Shown here piece by piece: positions 17,799-28,253 of a DNA stretch of 64,000 bases. Positions within the stretch are counted from its first letter, which is position 1; each line of letters begins with the position of its first letter. A program made the position numbers and the translations under genes. The stretch lies in contig JAIEOU010000009.1 in NCBI GenBank assembly GCA_019750255.1, positions 5,497 to 69,496 on the forward strand, written 5' to 3'. This DNA comes from Patescibacteria group bacterium (GTDB taxonomy: Bacteria; Patescibacteriota; Minisyncoccia; Phycocordibacterales; UBA918). Below the pieces are notes generated by a model. The model had not been told where the DNA came from. It ran no database searches and worked only from the letters and a program-made list of their open reading frames with translations.

Positions 17799-18563
17799 TT
17801 AGGCGGTGCGGTTAGTAGGACGTGGGCTGCGGGGTGTCCGAGACGCTGGAGCTGACTCACGTTCGCGAGTAGACGCTGGTGCCTGGGCAGTTTGTCCGGC
17901 CTTGCGGTCGGTAAACACTTCACCCCGGTAAATCCACACCTTGATACCGATAGCACCGTACGGAAGGCGGGCAGTAACGCGAGCAAAGTCGATGTCGGCT
18001 CGAAGAGTTTGGAGTGGAATACGACCACGCTTCAATTCTTCGTTACGAGCCATGTCGGCGCCACCGAGACGACCGGCCAAAGCCATACGTACTCCGATAA
18101 CGTCACGATTCGCCATCACCTTCTCAATCGTCTGCTTCATCACGCGGCGGAAGGTCATACGCTTCTCAAGACCGTCAGCAAGCATGAGTCCAACAATGCG
18201 AGCGCTCGATTCTGGTGAGCGGATCTCTTCAATGTCGAGCTTGATCTCTGGCTTTGAGGTGAGCTTCATCTTGCGGAACATCATGTCGAGCTCCTTCTTG
18301 AGCGCGACGGCTCCTTCTCCACTGCGACCAATAACGAGACCAGGTCGTGCAGTCTTGATAATAATACGTACTTCCTTTTCGTTGCGCTCAATTTCTACCG
18401 TGTCGACTGACATCGTGCGGAGCTTCTTTTCGAGATGCGCGCGGATGGCAGCGTCGGTGCGAATGTATTCACGAAACTTCTTTGGGTCGGTGGTGTACCA
18501 GCGACTGCGCCAATCTCGGTTGATACCGATACGCTGTACATAAGGATGTGCTACGTGTGTCAT
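17799..18563 (-). CDS. rpsC: 30S ribosomal protein S3 with low-complexity C-terminal tail
   Basis: KH and S3-C domains; roughly 30-aa Pro/Arg/Ser/Thr tail. Confidence 0.9.
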   Translation of the reverse strand: MTHVAHPYVQRIGINRDWRSRWYTTDPKKFREYIRTDAAIRAHLEKKLRTMSVDTVEIERNEKEVRIIIKTARPGLVIGRSGEGAVALKKELDMMFRKMKLTSKPEIKLDIEEIRSPESSARIVGLMLADGLEKRMTFRRVMKQTIEKVMANRDVIGVRMALAGRLGGADMARNEELKRGRIPLQTLRADIDFARVTARLPYGAIGIKVWIYRGEVFTDRKAGQTAQAPASTRERESAPASRTPRSPRPTNRTA

Positions 18564-18568
18564 AGATA

Positions 18569-18889
18569 TTATTCGCTTAACTCCACGACGATGTGGCTAC
18601 TGCGCTTATTAATACGTGAGGCAGAACCACGGGCGCGAGGCATAAAACGCTTCGCGACTACACCCTTCTGTACCATTACCTTAGCAATTTTGAGCTTAGT
18701 CTCATCCTTCCCTGCCTGCTTGGCATTGGCCATCGCTGACTCAATTACTTTTGCAAACGGCAGAGCGGCACGCTTGTCAGCAAACCGAAGGGTAGAAAGC
18801 GCAACCGAAACCTTCTTTCCACGCACGAGATCAGCGAGCAAGCGAACCTTGCGCGGTGACTGACGGTAGTTCTTAAGAATTGCTTTCAT
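18569..18889 (-). CDS. rplV: 50S ribosomal protein L22
   Basis: 106 aa; MKAILKNYRQSPRKVRLLADLVRGK. Confidence 0.9.
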   Translation of the reverse strand: MKAILKNYRQSPRKVRLLADLVRGKKVSVALSTLRFADKRAALPFAKVIESAMANAKQAGKDETKLKIAKVMVQKGVVAKRFMPRARGSASRINKRSSHIVVELSE

Positions 18890-18891
18890 AA

Positions 18892-19242
18892 TTATTTCTT
18901 CTTAGCTGAAGCAGACGGTGACGCCTTTGCAGCCTTCGCAGCAGCAATATCTGCTACTTGCTTCTTCTGCTCGAGTTCCTTCTGCATCTTACCGCCGTGA
19001 CGATGGAACTTCTTGGTCGGTGAGAACTCGCCGAGGCGGTGTCCTACCATTTCTTCAACGACGAGTACTGGGATGTGGTCTTTACCGTTGTGAACGCCAA
19101 AGGTGTGTCCAACCATCTCGGGAGCGATTTGCGCATCGCGAGACCAGGTCTTCACTACACCACTCTCTCCGGGTTTTTTACCGGCGATTTTTTTGAGCAG
19201 ACGCTCGTCAACGTAAGGTCCTTTATAGAGTGAACGTGACAT
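18892..19242 (-). CDS. rpsS: 30S ribosomal protein S19 with Lys/Ala-rich C-terminal tail
   Basis: [19 protein letters not shown]...[20 protein letters not shown]. Start trimmed to the internal ATG at 19242. Confidence 0.9.
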   Translation of the reverse strand: MSRSLYKGPYVDERLLKKIAGKKPGESGVVKTWSRDAQIAPEMVGHTFGVHNGKDHIPVLVVEEMVGHRLGEFSPTKKFHRHGGKMQKELEQKKQVADIAAAKAAKASPSASAKKK

Positions 19243-19710
19243 TAAATGATGAAAGGAGTGTAACGACAATTACGAATTTCGCCACAAGGGCATTTCCATT
19301 TTTATGGTCGAGCAAAGCTCTTCCTAAAAATTGGTCAGTTCCGAATCTGCCCTTTCCTTAGGCAGATTCCTGGAACAACTACTCTTCCTTGTCGCGTATG
19401 CTCCAGTTAGTTTTTAATAAACCGCATAGATTGGGATTTTCTTATACATAAAACCCCGCTCGCAGTGGCGGTGAGGTGAGAACCTCTTGTAAAGAAAGGT
19501 AACGGCCTTGCTTAAAAGAGGTACCCACACGTCCGGTAGTTGTTCGGCCTACTTCCTGTGTGTTTCCTGCTCGTAGATAGCGAGCACTCGACACAGCGAC
19601 ATGAGGATTGGAACGGGGCCAATACTAATGGAAATTGGGCGAAATGTCAACGGAATTCGGATACTACTGTCAGTGAAACGTTCCCGACCCACCCGGGGTA
19701 CAATAGACCC

Positions 19711-20022
19711 ATGAAACACCGCGGGCGCAGCCACACCACCCTCACCGATACCGCCAAAGAAGTGGTGACCGTCCTCGAGAAAATCCCTGGCGTGAAAATG
19801 ATTGCGCCTGGCATCATCGACGGGAAACGTAATGCTAGCAAGCGTCATATCACCGCGGTCTTTACCACCGCGGGCATGGAACTGATCATTTCGGGCCAGG
19901 GGGTCCAGAAAGTAGCGGTCCATACTACTGCTAATTCCCTCTCGGTATTCAGGACTCTTGCCGAGTCAAAATCACTCTCTCATTTTAGCTTTAAGCACCG
20001 TGAACGGATGCCGGGCCGATAG
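19711..20022 (+). CDS. hypothetical small protein
   Basis: Roughly 100-aa plus-strand ORF (MKHRGRSHTTLTDTAKEVVTVLEKIPG...) inside the insertion between rpsS and rplB. Amino-acid composition looks like coding sequence, but nothing recognisable. Confidence 0.35.
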   Translation: MKHRGRSHTTLTDTAKEVVTVLEKIPGVKMIAPGIIDGKRNASKRHITAVFTTAGMELIISGQGVQKVAVHTTANSLSVFRTLAESKSLSHFSFKHRERMPGR

Positions 20023-20186
20023 CGCTGCGATTATGTTTATCAGGGTCTGAAGGTCGCGCTGTCTTCTCTCTTTCATATATGAAAGCGATACTTCAACCTT
20101 CTTAGGATGTATCACACGGTACGTGGCAGGCAAACACACGACCGCGTTTTATGTGAGACTGTACTAAAACTTACAGGCAGAGACCT

Positions 20187-20822
20187 CTACAACGAATCAT
20201 TTTGCTTCACACCCTCTTCTATAATCTTCCCCACCAGACCACGCTCTTTCCACCTTATGTACCGGTACCCGCTGACTGCTATCACTAAAGCTCCGACAAT
20301 TGAAATCATTAAGTCAGTCATAGTATCGGTGTTACTCAGTTGCATGAGCGGGTCAGGCGCGAAGAGGATATCGATGAGAAACTCATACACCTCCCACACT
20401 ACGGCGAGAGCGAGGGCAAAGGACACCGACAAAATAGTCGCTACGAGGGTTTTAGATTTAAGTTCGCTATGAGAAAAAATTAATAGCAGCAGTATAAACC
20501 CAATCAAGGTGAGGCCAGCGGTTGCTGCGCCATGAAGCACAATGTCCCACCAGGCAAAGGTGGTGTAGAAACCAACAATTTCACCGAGAATCAGTGTCAT
20601 AAACATGAACACACTGATGCCGATACGCAGTACATGTGGTATATGGATGCCAGTTTTGGATTTTAGAATATAAGGAAGTGCACTCACGACCATGGCCTGC
20701 ACCACAACAAAGATTCCGATCCAATCTTTTTCCCATAACTTGTACATTCCCACCGCCAGAAAAATAAACTGGGATATGTGCATGCTCGTGCGCGAGCACC
20801 ACGCAAGCTTTTGTTCGGACAT
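20187..20822 (-). CDS. polytopic inner-membrane protein, unknown function
   Basis: 211 aa with 5-6 hydrophobic helices and WWD..LH / WEVYEF motifs. Confidence 0.6.
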   Translation of the reverse strand: MSEQKLAWCSRTSMHISQFIFLAVGMYKLWEKDWIGIFVVVQAMVVSALPYILKSKTGIHIPHVLRIGISVFMFMTLILGEIVGFYTTFAWWDIVLHGAATAGLTLIGFILLLLIFSHSELKSKTLVATILSVSFALALAVVWEVYEFLIDILFAPDPLMQLSNTDTMTDLMISIVGALVIAVSGYRYIRWKERGLVGKIIEEGVKQNDSL

Positions 20823-20884
20823 ACTAATCAGTGTAGCAAAAATTGTGTGCCCCGGTTAACTAGTCGTATACATAATCAGGCACA

Positions 20885-20924
20885 CAAATACCCCGCGACT
20901 GTAGTCGCGGGGTATTTGTCATTT
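20885..20924. terminator. intrinsic terminator after rplB
   Basis: CAAATACCCCGCGACtgtaGTCGCGGGGTATTTG with T-rich flanks, immediately downstream of the rplB stop. Confidence 0.6.
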
Positions 20925-20936
20925 TTCTCTCTCTTT

Positions 20937-21800
20937 CTACCTTCCGCCAATCGCCATGAGGCGGCCTGGCTTGCGGCGAGAAACAATTGAGCCGTTCGAG
21001 TACTTCTTTGGTGAACGGGTCTTTTGTCCCTTTCCGGTCGGACGTCCCTGCTTGGTACGTGAGCGGCGGTGACCACGTGGTGAGCGGCCTTCACCACCAC
21101 CGTGTGGGTGGTCTACGGCGTTACGCGCAGTACCACGGTTCTTTGGGCGGAGGCCTTTGTGTCGCGCACGACCAGCCTTACCGAGATCAACGAGACGATA
21201 CTCTTCGTTTGAGACCGCACCGATTGATGCCCACGAGTGACCAATAATCTTTCGGATTTCCGTTGATGGCATCTTGATGAGGGTGTAGGCACCGTCTTGG
21301 GCTACCACTTCAGCATAACTACCAGCACTCCGAACGAGCTGCGCTCCCTTCCCTGGCTTGATTTCGATGTTGTACACGAATGCTCCAACCGGGATAGCAG
21401 TGAGCGGGAGACGGTTACCAATTTTTGGCTTGGCGTCTGCTGCTGTCACCACCTCATCACCCTTGCCGAGACCCTGTGGGGCAATCACGTAGCGGCGTTC
21501 ACCGTCACGGTACACGATTAGGGCGATAAAGGCGTTGCGGTTTGGATCGTATTCAATCGCCTCTACCTTCGCTGGTACACCTAGCTTGTTGTACTTGAAG
21601 TCCACCATACGGTAGGTGCGCTTGTTTCCGCCACCACGATAGTGGTTAGTCGTACGACCCTGGCTGTTTCGGCCACCAGTCGAACGCTTTCCCGCTACGA
21701 GTGCCTTGTGCGGCTCACTCTTTGTAGTCGTGAGCTTCTTTTTGTACTCGACGACCGATCCATCGCGACGGCCGGCCGAGGTTGGTTTATAGAATTTCAT
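20937..21800 (-). CDS. rplB: 50S ribosomal protein L2
   Basis: 287 aa; KPTSAGRR...YRMVDFKYNKLGVPAKVEAIEYDPNRNAFIALIVYRDGERRYVIAPQGL. Confidence 0.95.
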   Translation of the reverse strand: MKFYKPTSAGRRDGSVVEYKKKLTTTKSEPHKALVAGKRSTGGRNSQGRTTNHYRGGGNKRTYRMVDFKYNKLGVPAKVEAIEYDPNRNAFIALIVYRDGERRYVIAPQGLGKGDEVVTAADAKPKIGNRLPLTAIPVGAFVYNIEIKPGKGAQLVRSAGSYAEVVAQDGAYTLIKMPSTEIRKIIGHSWASIGAVSNEEYRLVDLGKAGRARHKGLRPKNRGTARNAVDHPHGGGEGRSPRGHRRSRTKQGRPTGKGQKTRSPKKYSNGSIVSRRKPGRLMAIGGR

Positions 21801-21802
21801 AA

Positions 21803-22174
21803 TTAGACGAGATTAATGGTGTCGCCTTTCTTAAGGTACACGTACGCCTTCTTCATGCCGGCAACCTTGACCATACGGTTACGTGAACCTGATGGACGAA
21901 CCGCTGGTGCCTTGGTAACGGTGCGAATCTTTTCTGGCGTTACCTTGTAGAGTTCCTTGATAGCGTCCCGGACATCAAATTTAGTTGCGCCTTGGCGAAT
22001 GAGAAACGTGTACACATTTTGGTCTGACTTACTTACTGCCTTTTCAGTTACTCGCGGCCGGATGATGACACCACGGAGATCACGGTCGGTTGCGAGTGGT
22101 CCAGCTCCTTTGTTACTTACCTTGGCTGCAGCCTTTGGGGCTTCAGCCTTCTTTGTTCGTGTGAAGAGTCCCAT
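21803..22174 (-). CDS. rplW: 50S ribosomal protein L23
   Basis: VIIRPRVTEKA...YTFLIRQGATKFDVRDAIKELYKV. Confidence 0.85.
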   Translation of the reverse strand: MGLFTRTKKAEAPKAAAKVSNKGAGPLATDRDLRGVIIRPRVTEKAVSKSDQNVYTFLIRQGATKFDVRDAIKELYKVTPEKIRTVTKAPAVRPSGSRNRMVKVAGMKKAYVYLKKGDTINLV

Positions 22175-22175
22175 A

Positions 22176-22856
22176 TTACTTTGCCTTAGAGGTTGCTACC
22201 ACGCGCTTCTCAAGTACCTCGATGGCACTTATCGGCTCCGCGACAATAACGTACTTATAAGTAAGCAGGTCAACTGGACTCACATCCTTAGCCTGCATGA
22301 CGGTCATGTTACCGAAGTTTCGGAACGAAAGTTCGGTGGCTTCGTGACGAGCTGGCAAGAGCACGAGGGCAGCATTCTTGCGCTTCGTTGCTAGTTGCGC
22401 CTGTCCGCTTCCCTTGGCCACAGCAGCAATCACGGCCTTGGCATCCTTTGCTTTTGGTGCACCCACGCCGAGAGATTCGACAAAAAGAATCTCACCGTCG
22501 GTCAGTTTTCGAGAGAGCACGCAGGCGAGCGCCTTTTGGCGTACTTTCTTATTAATCTTTACCGAATAGTCTTTGTCACTCCGTGGTCCGTGTGAGATAC
22601 CACCACCAGTCCAGATTGGACTACGCGTGGAACCATGTCGTGCGCGACCAGTACCCTTCTGCTTCCATGGCTTCTTACCACCACCACGTACTTCTCCACG
22701 AGTTTTTGTGTTCGCGGTTCCAGCGCGCGCGTTGGCTTGCATGCCGACCACCACTTCATGAACGAGGTCGTCGTTCCAGGCCACACCAAAGAGCGTCTCA
22801 GGGAGGTTGACCATTCCCTTCTCTACGCCGTCGTGTGTATATACTTTTGCATCCAT
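22176..22856 (-). CDS. rplD: 50S ribosomal protein L4
   Basis: 226 aa; GGGKKPWKQKGTGRARHGSTRSPIWTGGG. Confidence 0.9.
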   Translation of the reverse strand: MDAKVYTHDGVEKGMVNLPETLFGVAWNDDLVHEVVVGMQANARAGTANTKTRGEVRGGGKKPWKQKGTGRARHGSTRSPIWTGGGISHGPRSDKDYSVKINKKVRQKALACVLSRKLTDGEILFVESLGVGAPKAKDAKAVIAAVAKGSGQAQLATKRKNAALVLLPARHEATELSFRNFGNMTVMQAKDVSPVDLLTYKYVIVAEPISAIEVLEKRVVATSKAK

Positions 22857-22874
22857 ATAATATTAGTAATTAGG

Positions 22875-23480
22875 TTAGATGCTACGCACCTCGACTAAGG
22901 TTCCTGCTCGACCTGGAACGGCACCGGAAACGAGGAGGAGATTTTCCGCCGCATTTACCTGGAGAACCTTGAGGTTCTTTACCGTGATAGTATCGCCACC
23001 CATACGGCCGGCCATACGCATACCCTTGGCAACGCGACCGCCAGCGCGGCCACCACCACCAATTGATCCTGGTTCACGTTCTGAGTGCTTCTGACCATGA
23101 GTGCGCCGCCCACCGGCAAAGCCGTGACGCTTTACTACACCCTGGAAACCCTTACCCTTTGAAATAGCCGTCACCATAATGGTGTCGCCAGGGACAAAGA
23201 CTGAAACATCAAACTGCGCACCCTTCTCAAGATCACCTGAGATTTCCATTTCACGAACGTGCTTAAACGCGCCGCCAAAGGCAATCCGCTGAGCCTTTGC
23301 TACACGCTCTTCTTTCTGTACACCACTGGCTACCTGCGCGCTGTGGTATCCATCTTTTTCAACCGTCTTTATCTGAGTGACTACCTGTGGTGCGACACGG
23401 AGAACCGTACCTGCCCACGCGCGGCCAGTCTCATCGAAGACTTGGGTCATGCGCTCTTTGGTTCCGAGAACGAATTTCAT
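22875..23480 (-). CDS. rplC: 50S ribosomal protein L3
   Basis: 201 aa; MKFVLGTKERMTQVFDETG...GKGFQGVVKRHGFAGG. Confidence 0.9.
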   Translation of the reverse strand: MKFVLGTKERMTQVFDETGRAWAGTVLRVAPQVVTQIKTVEKDGYHSAQVASGVQKEERVAKAQRIAFGGAFKHVREMEISGDLEKGAQFDVSVFVPGDTIMVTAISKGKGFQGVVKRHGFAGGRRTHGQKHSEREPGSIGGGGRAGGRVAKGMRMAGRMGGDTITVKNLKVLQVNAAENLLLVSGAVPGRAGTLVEVRSI

Positions 23481-23757
23481 AGTTGCTTATAAGTGATAAA
23501 TGCTCGCCATTTATAACAAAACCACGACCAGGGACAGTGCCCCACGGACGTGGTATTGCAGCTGCCCATTGGTTCTCCCGGGGTAATTAGCCCTAGGGGG
23601 ACGTAGGTCTTATATGAATGTCCCCGGTACTATACGTGGGTTTGCTAAAAATGCAAGGCTAAGGAAGGCTCCACTTTTTGCCTTAAGCTCTATAAAAGGT
23701 GAGGACCGCTGTCATTACTGACAGCGGTCCGGGATTTTGTGCCCCGAGAGGCCTAAT

Positions 23758-23934
23758 TCAGTTCTTATTCGGCTTGGCTGCAAGCCTGAACAGGCTCCGC
23801 GCTCGGCGAATCACCGCCGAGTCGTCTGAGCCTGTCATTTGTTTACTCTGCTTCTCGAGAAACTGGACTGCCTCGTCAGAGGAAATTTTGAATGGTGGGC
23901 GCGCAGTCGGTTCAGGAGTCGGCTTTTTTGCCAT
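23758..23934 (-). CDS. hypothetical small basic protein
   Basis: 58-aa ORF from the internal ATG (MAKKPTPEP...). Hairpin-flanked; weak. Confidence 0.3.
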   Translation of the reverse strand: MAKKPTPEPTARPPFKISSDEAVQFLEKQSKQMTGSDDSAVIRRARSLFRLAAKPNKN

Positions 23935-23976
23935 TGGAGTGTCCTTCGGGTTGCTTCCGCGCTGGAGAATACTCCA

Positions 23977-24020
23977 ACAAAAAACAGCCGTCAACGACGG
24001 CTGTTTCTCCTTTCGTTTTA
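23977..24020 (-). terminator. intrinsic terminator after the giant surface protein gene
   Basis: On the minus strand: AAACAGCCGTcgttGACGGCTGTTTTTTGTTGG, 10 nt after the stop. Confidence 0.75.
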
Positions 24021-24026
24021 GCGGGA

Positions 24027-27000
24027 TTATTGCTGGGTGCCGAGCAGCAGGCGTGTCTGCGGTCCCACGATGCCAAGGGCATCAAGGGCATGGGCAGCCT
24101 GGAATGATCGTACCGCAGCTTCGGTAACCGGTCCGAAATAACCGGTAGCCTCCCCACTAAAGTAGCCAAGACGCTTGAGGGCTGCTTGCAGGACACGGAC
24201 CTGTTCGCCTGAAGAGCGAAGTGAGAGACGGTCAGATATCGTGAAGCGTATGTCGTTGATTCCTAATACAGATCCACTCGCAGGAACATTCGGAAAACGA
24301 GCCGGTGTAAAATCAGTGAGCACCTTGTTAACGAACGTTAACGTCTCACCATTCTTGAATGTCAGTACTACGTTCGAGCCGACCTGAGTCAACGCTGCCC
24401 TTAGCTCTGTCCAGTTATTAAAGGCTCCACTTGAAAGGATTATTTCGTCCGGACGAGTGCTTCCTGTAGCAAAACCGATAATAGTGTCTGATCCATTACC
24501 TGATGAAACTGTAATTTCTTCAGCCTGGTTTCTCGCAACAATCGTATCGTTTCCACCCATACCATTAATCCTGAACCTTGTATCAGATGTATTTTGTGAG
24601 CCAACCAAAATATTTGCACTCGCATTGCCTTCGATGGTTAAGTTAGACGTCGCGTCTCCGCCATAGATAATAGTATCGATGGCGCTTGGAAGCGTGTACA
24701 CTCCCCAGCCGTGACGGGTAATTACGGCAGTGTTAGCGCTTACATCCACTCCCTCTATGACTTCAGAACCTCCGACATAGAACACATCGTTACCGCCACC
24801 ACTAACGAACGTAGCTCCTCCACCAAATTCGACAGCTTCAAACACATCGTTCGCGGTAGTACCAACAAGACGTGGCACCCAGGCACCGCGCTCCGCAGCA
24901 ATCGTGACGGTTGGCAGCGTGAGGGGATTGAGCAGGTTCTGACTTGTCCCTGCCAAGGTAATGGTGTAGCTGGTGGGAGTTACAATAGTTGGTTCTACAC
25001 TCGTTCGCGGGTCGCTTACTTGTTTCCAAGCACCATTACTATATTCATACCAGACGCTTGTGTTGTTGAGCGTATAGAGCTTTCCGCCATTAAGCACATG
25101 AAGTTCAACACCTCCACCTCCGACAGCCGATGCTCCGTTAAGAAGAACCAGATTACCGCCGGGTACTGTCTGGGTGCTAAACGACCACGTTCCTGCGGCT
25201 GTAGTTAGACTACCACCACTGGACACTGAAATGACTGCTCCATCTGGACTCAATCCAGGAGTAGTAGGTGGCGGGAGTGAGGTTTCTGGGTTTATCGTTC
25301 GACTCCACGTCGCAGCAGCTACATCCCGGAGATACCAGACACCCTTACTGTTGCGTGCGTACAATTTTCCACCATTGAGTACCACCATCCGATTCCCGGT
25401 CAACAGAGCGGATTTACCATTCAGGTTAATCCTCCAACCACCACTTATTCTACTAGTACCGAACGACCACGTTCCTTCAGGAGTTATCAGGGTAGAACGT
25501 GAACCTCCACCGACCGACGTACCATCAGAACTGATTGATACGGTTGAGGTTGGTGCTGTGCTGGCTAACTTGAAGTAACACGCCTTAACAACGCCTGGCA
25601 ACGGATCACCAAACACTGCATTGGTGCAGGCGGTACTGGCTGTTATTGAGCGGTAATTGAAGGCTCCGTTAGCACCATAAGCAACACTTGCGGTACCGGC
25701 AAACGAACAGGTACCTCCCTCCTCTGCACACTTGGTATACCCCGTAGGACCGCCAGCATCTGCTTGTGCTACTGGTGCAGATACAGCTACTACAACAGAC
25801 TTCTGTGCGGAGCCGCCAGTGCCAGTGCAGGTGAGTGTATAGGTGGTTGTAGTTTCTGGAGAAAGGCTTTGTGAACCAGCAGTCGCTCCAGCGGTAAAGC
25901 CGGTACCGGTACACGCAGTGGCGTTCGCGCTTGACCAAGTCAGCGTTGTAGTTTGACCCCTAACAATACTAGAGGAAGTGAGACTCAGCGTTACGGTCGG
26001 TACCAAGGTTGGAATTGGGGATGGAGTAGGTGTGGATGCACTACTTTTTGTCATGTACATATCAACACTGTAACCATCAAGCCCAGAATCATAATCGACA
26101 CTCCACCAATTGTACCCACCAGCACTGATCGGACCAGAGCGAAGCGTTCCAAGGGCTCCAAAAGGCTGCGTGCCGAGGATGGTACCGTTAGCGGTCGCAC
26201 GGACATTCGTACCAGTGGTTAGACTAATTCGGTCACCAGTAATGAAACCTAGTGCTGGCAGAGCGGGGAGTGGAGCTGGTTCTGGAATTGGAGTTGTCGG
26301 TACAGAAATCATTCCTGAGCGGCGTGGAGTAACTCTAAACTGAAAATCTTTTTGATACGACTCAACATCAGTAAATTTTGGTTTGAGGGCCAACATTTTG
26401 TCGTAGGTCTGCAAGGCTTCACTAGACCCCGTGACATTATAGACGTTTGCGAGAGACATAAGACCACTTGGACCGTAGGTGCCTTCCCCACCATCGTACT
26501 CCACGTTTAAGTTCGAGATTCCTAACCACGTAGTAACCGGCTTACCATTAGCGTACATGGCAAAACCGTAGTTAAAGCCCACTAATGGATTGTTCATTTT
26601 ATTGTAGCGGTTGATAACGTAGTTAGACATTATCCCGACCACCTGTTTTGCTTTGGCACTACCACGATTTGCAGACGCAGCCAAAGAACTCAACAGATAA
26701 TCTTGTTGCCACGGCTTAACGGCCGGAGGAAAATCACCGTCTACACCCGTGAAGTAGCCACGCGCCTCACCTTGTGCAGGACCCTCGGCGGCGGCTCGAC
26801 TAATTAAGTGGTCAAGATTATTGTTTAGAATTTTTTGCCAATAATTTTTAGCTGTCGTTCCATCAGGATTAGCCCACGCTGCCTCATCAATTTGTCGAAG
26901 ATCCCAGCCAGCACCTCTAACCTGGTTCATATCATGAACAACCAAACCAAGTCCATCTTGCCGAGGCGCATTCCACCCAGCCATCACTGTCCAAGATGCT

Positions 27001-28253
27001 TGGGCATTTATTTGATCAAGATGATAGCGGCTACCAGTAAACAGGTACGGAATGAAACTAAGCGCAGGCTGATGGGCATTTTCAGGTGACCACACATCAT
27101 CTTTCGTGAATTGAGTTAGAGTTGGGTAGCCTCGACCATCAGCCCAGAGGGTCGGATATTTATCAAGAGAAAGATAATCCTTAGTGGTTGGGTCGTAGTA
27201 GTGCCACGGCACACTCCCTGCGGCATCGGCTTGAGCGAGCGCTGACTTGGCCGCAGTATCACTTTGAGTCAGCAACCACGCACCATTTGTGCCGGTAATT
27301 GGACCAATGTCCTGGCGTCCACCAGTCCCAGGCATGTAGGTAGCGATACCTCCAATTCCTAGTGGCTCATAGGTATTACTAGGCATGTGGTTACTATCAA
27401 CCCCAAATGATGTTTCGAAGTTGAGAATTGCACCTGTAGACATAAGGTACGGGATATCACGCTGCACATTCACCCGCGTCTCTTGCCCGGTACTGTAAAT
27501 CATCTTGTGCCAGGTTTGATACTGGTGGTGGGTGAGACTGCCACTGTTGTACACCGTCGAACCATTCTGGGCGATAGTGGCCGTGTAGTTTAAAGTGTCT
27601 CCACTACTCGTCATTGCATGATCATTGTTGAAGTGCACATCAGTCGTGTACGTACCATCAGCAAACTTCGAGACGTCGAATACAAGGCGCATTGATGAGA
27701 CAACCGGTACCTCAAACCGACCTTCAGTTACCACTGGCCCTTGGCGCCAGTAGGTAACCCGTCCCGCAGTGAGCTCAGTCGCAAGCAGCTTGGCGGCATC
27801 AAACGTATAGGTATTACTAGAAGTTTTCAGAGTCACGACCACAGAGTAGTTCGGCATGGTAGCGAGCGAGAGTGGAGTACCACTTTGGGAAGCAGGATTC
27901 AGCATGGCGTTGCTGCTTGAGTTGGCCGCAATACTCGGTGCCAGCATGGTGACGACACCAAACCGGACCGAGCCGTCGGGATACTTGGTCTTAACGTCGA
28001 TTTGGGTAGGGACATTATTTCCTCGTACTTCCGCGACTACTCCTGAATTCCCGGGAAGATCCCCGGCCACGAAGGCCTGCCCCATCTGCACTGGCCCGGC
28101 TGGGATACTGCTTGAGGTAGGGTTTTGGAGGATAAAACCGACAAGCTCGCCAGTAGCAGGCTGCGGGATGGTTGGTAGGTTAATTATTTGTGCGGCAGCG
28201 AGCGCTGGCGCCATGAACAGCAGACAGACAGCTCCAATAAGTCTTGAAATCAT
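24027..28253 (-). CDS. giant secreted multidomain surface protein with C-terminal peptidoglycan-binding domain, RTX-like Ca-binding repeats, Ig-like domain and central alpha-helical (putative glycan-active) module
   Basis: Start set at the ATG preceding signal peptide MISRLIGAVCLLFMAPALAAAQ; the ORF-track start is an upstream GTG. C-terminus GEQVRVLQAALKRLGYFSGEATGYFGPVTEAAVRSFQ...GIVGPQT is PG_binding_1. GGGNDVFYVGG, GMGGNDTIV and SGNGSDTII are RTX-like. Duplicated ~80-aa GTWSF...LNGGKLY domain. Thr-rich Ig-like linker. Confidence 0.8.
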   Translation of the reverse strand: MISRLIGAVCLLFMAPALAAAQIINLPTIPQPATGELVGFILQNPTSSSIPAGPVQMGQAFVAGDLPGNSGVVAEVRGNNVPTQIDVKTKYPDGSVRFGVVTMLAPSIAANSSSNAMLNPASQSGTPLSLATMPNYSVVVTLKTSSNTYTFDAAKLLATELTAGRVTYWRQGPVVTEGRFEVPVVSSMRLVFDVSKFADGTYTTDVHFNNDHAMTSSGDTLNYTATIAQNGSTVYNSGSLTHHQYQTWHKMIYSTGQETRVNVQRDIPYLMSTGAILNFETSFGVDSNHMPSNTYEPLGIGGIATYMPGTGGRQDIGPITGTNGAWLLTQSDTAAKSALAQADAAGSVPWHYYDPTTKDYLSLDKYPTLWADGRGYPTLTQFTKDDVWSPENAHQPALSFIPYLFTGSRYHLDQINAQASWTVMAGWNAPRQDGLGLVVHDMNQVRGAGWDLRQIDEAAWANPDGTTAKNYWQKILNNNLDHLISRAAAEGPAQGEARGYFTGVDGDFPPAVKPWQQDYLLSSLAASANRGSAKAKQVVGIMSNYVINRYNKMNNPLVGFNYGFAMYANGKPVTTWLGISNLNVEYDGGEGTYGPSGLMSLANVYNVTGSSEALQTYDKMLALKPKFTDVESYQKDFQFRVTPRRSGMISVPTTPIPEPAPLPALPALGFITGDRISLTTGTNVRATANGTILGTQPFGALGTLRSGPISAGGYNWWSVDYDSGLDGYSVDMYMTKSSASTPTPSPIPTLVPTVTLSLTSSSIVRGQTTTLTWSSANATACTGTGFTAGATAGSQSLSPETTTTYTLTCTGTGGSAQKSVVVAVSAPVAQADAGGPTGYTKCAEEGGTCSFAGTASVAYGANGAFNYRSITASTACTNAVFGDPLPGVVKACYFKLASTAPTSTVSISSDGTSVGGGSRSTLITPEGTWSFGTSRISGGWRINLNGKSALLTGNRMVVLNGGKLYARNSKGVWYLRDVAAATWSRTINPETSLPPPTTPGLSPDGAVISVSSGGSLTTAAGTWSFSTQTVPGGNLVLLNGASAVGGGGVELHVLNGGKLYTLNNTSVWYEYSNGAWKQVSDPRTSVEPTIVTPTSYTITLAGTSQNLLNPLTLPTVTIAAERGAWVPRLVGTTANDVFEAVEFGGGATFVSGGGNDVFYVGGSEVIEGVDVSANTAVITRHGWGVYTLPSAIDTIIYGGDATSNLTIEGNASANILVGSQNTSDTRFRINGMGGNDTIVARNQAEEITVSSGNGSDTIIGFATGSTRPDEIILSSGAFNNWTELRAALTQVGSNVVLTFKNGETLTFVNKVLTDFTPARFPNVPASGSVLGINDIRFTISDRLSLRSSGEQVRVLQAALKRLGYFSGEATGYFGPVTEAAVRSFQAAHALDALGIVGPQTRLLLGTQQ

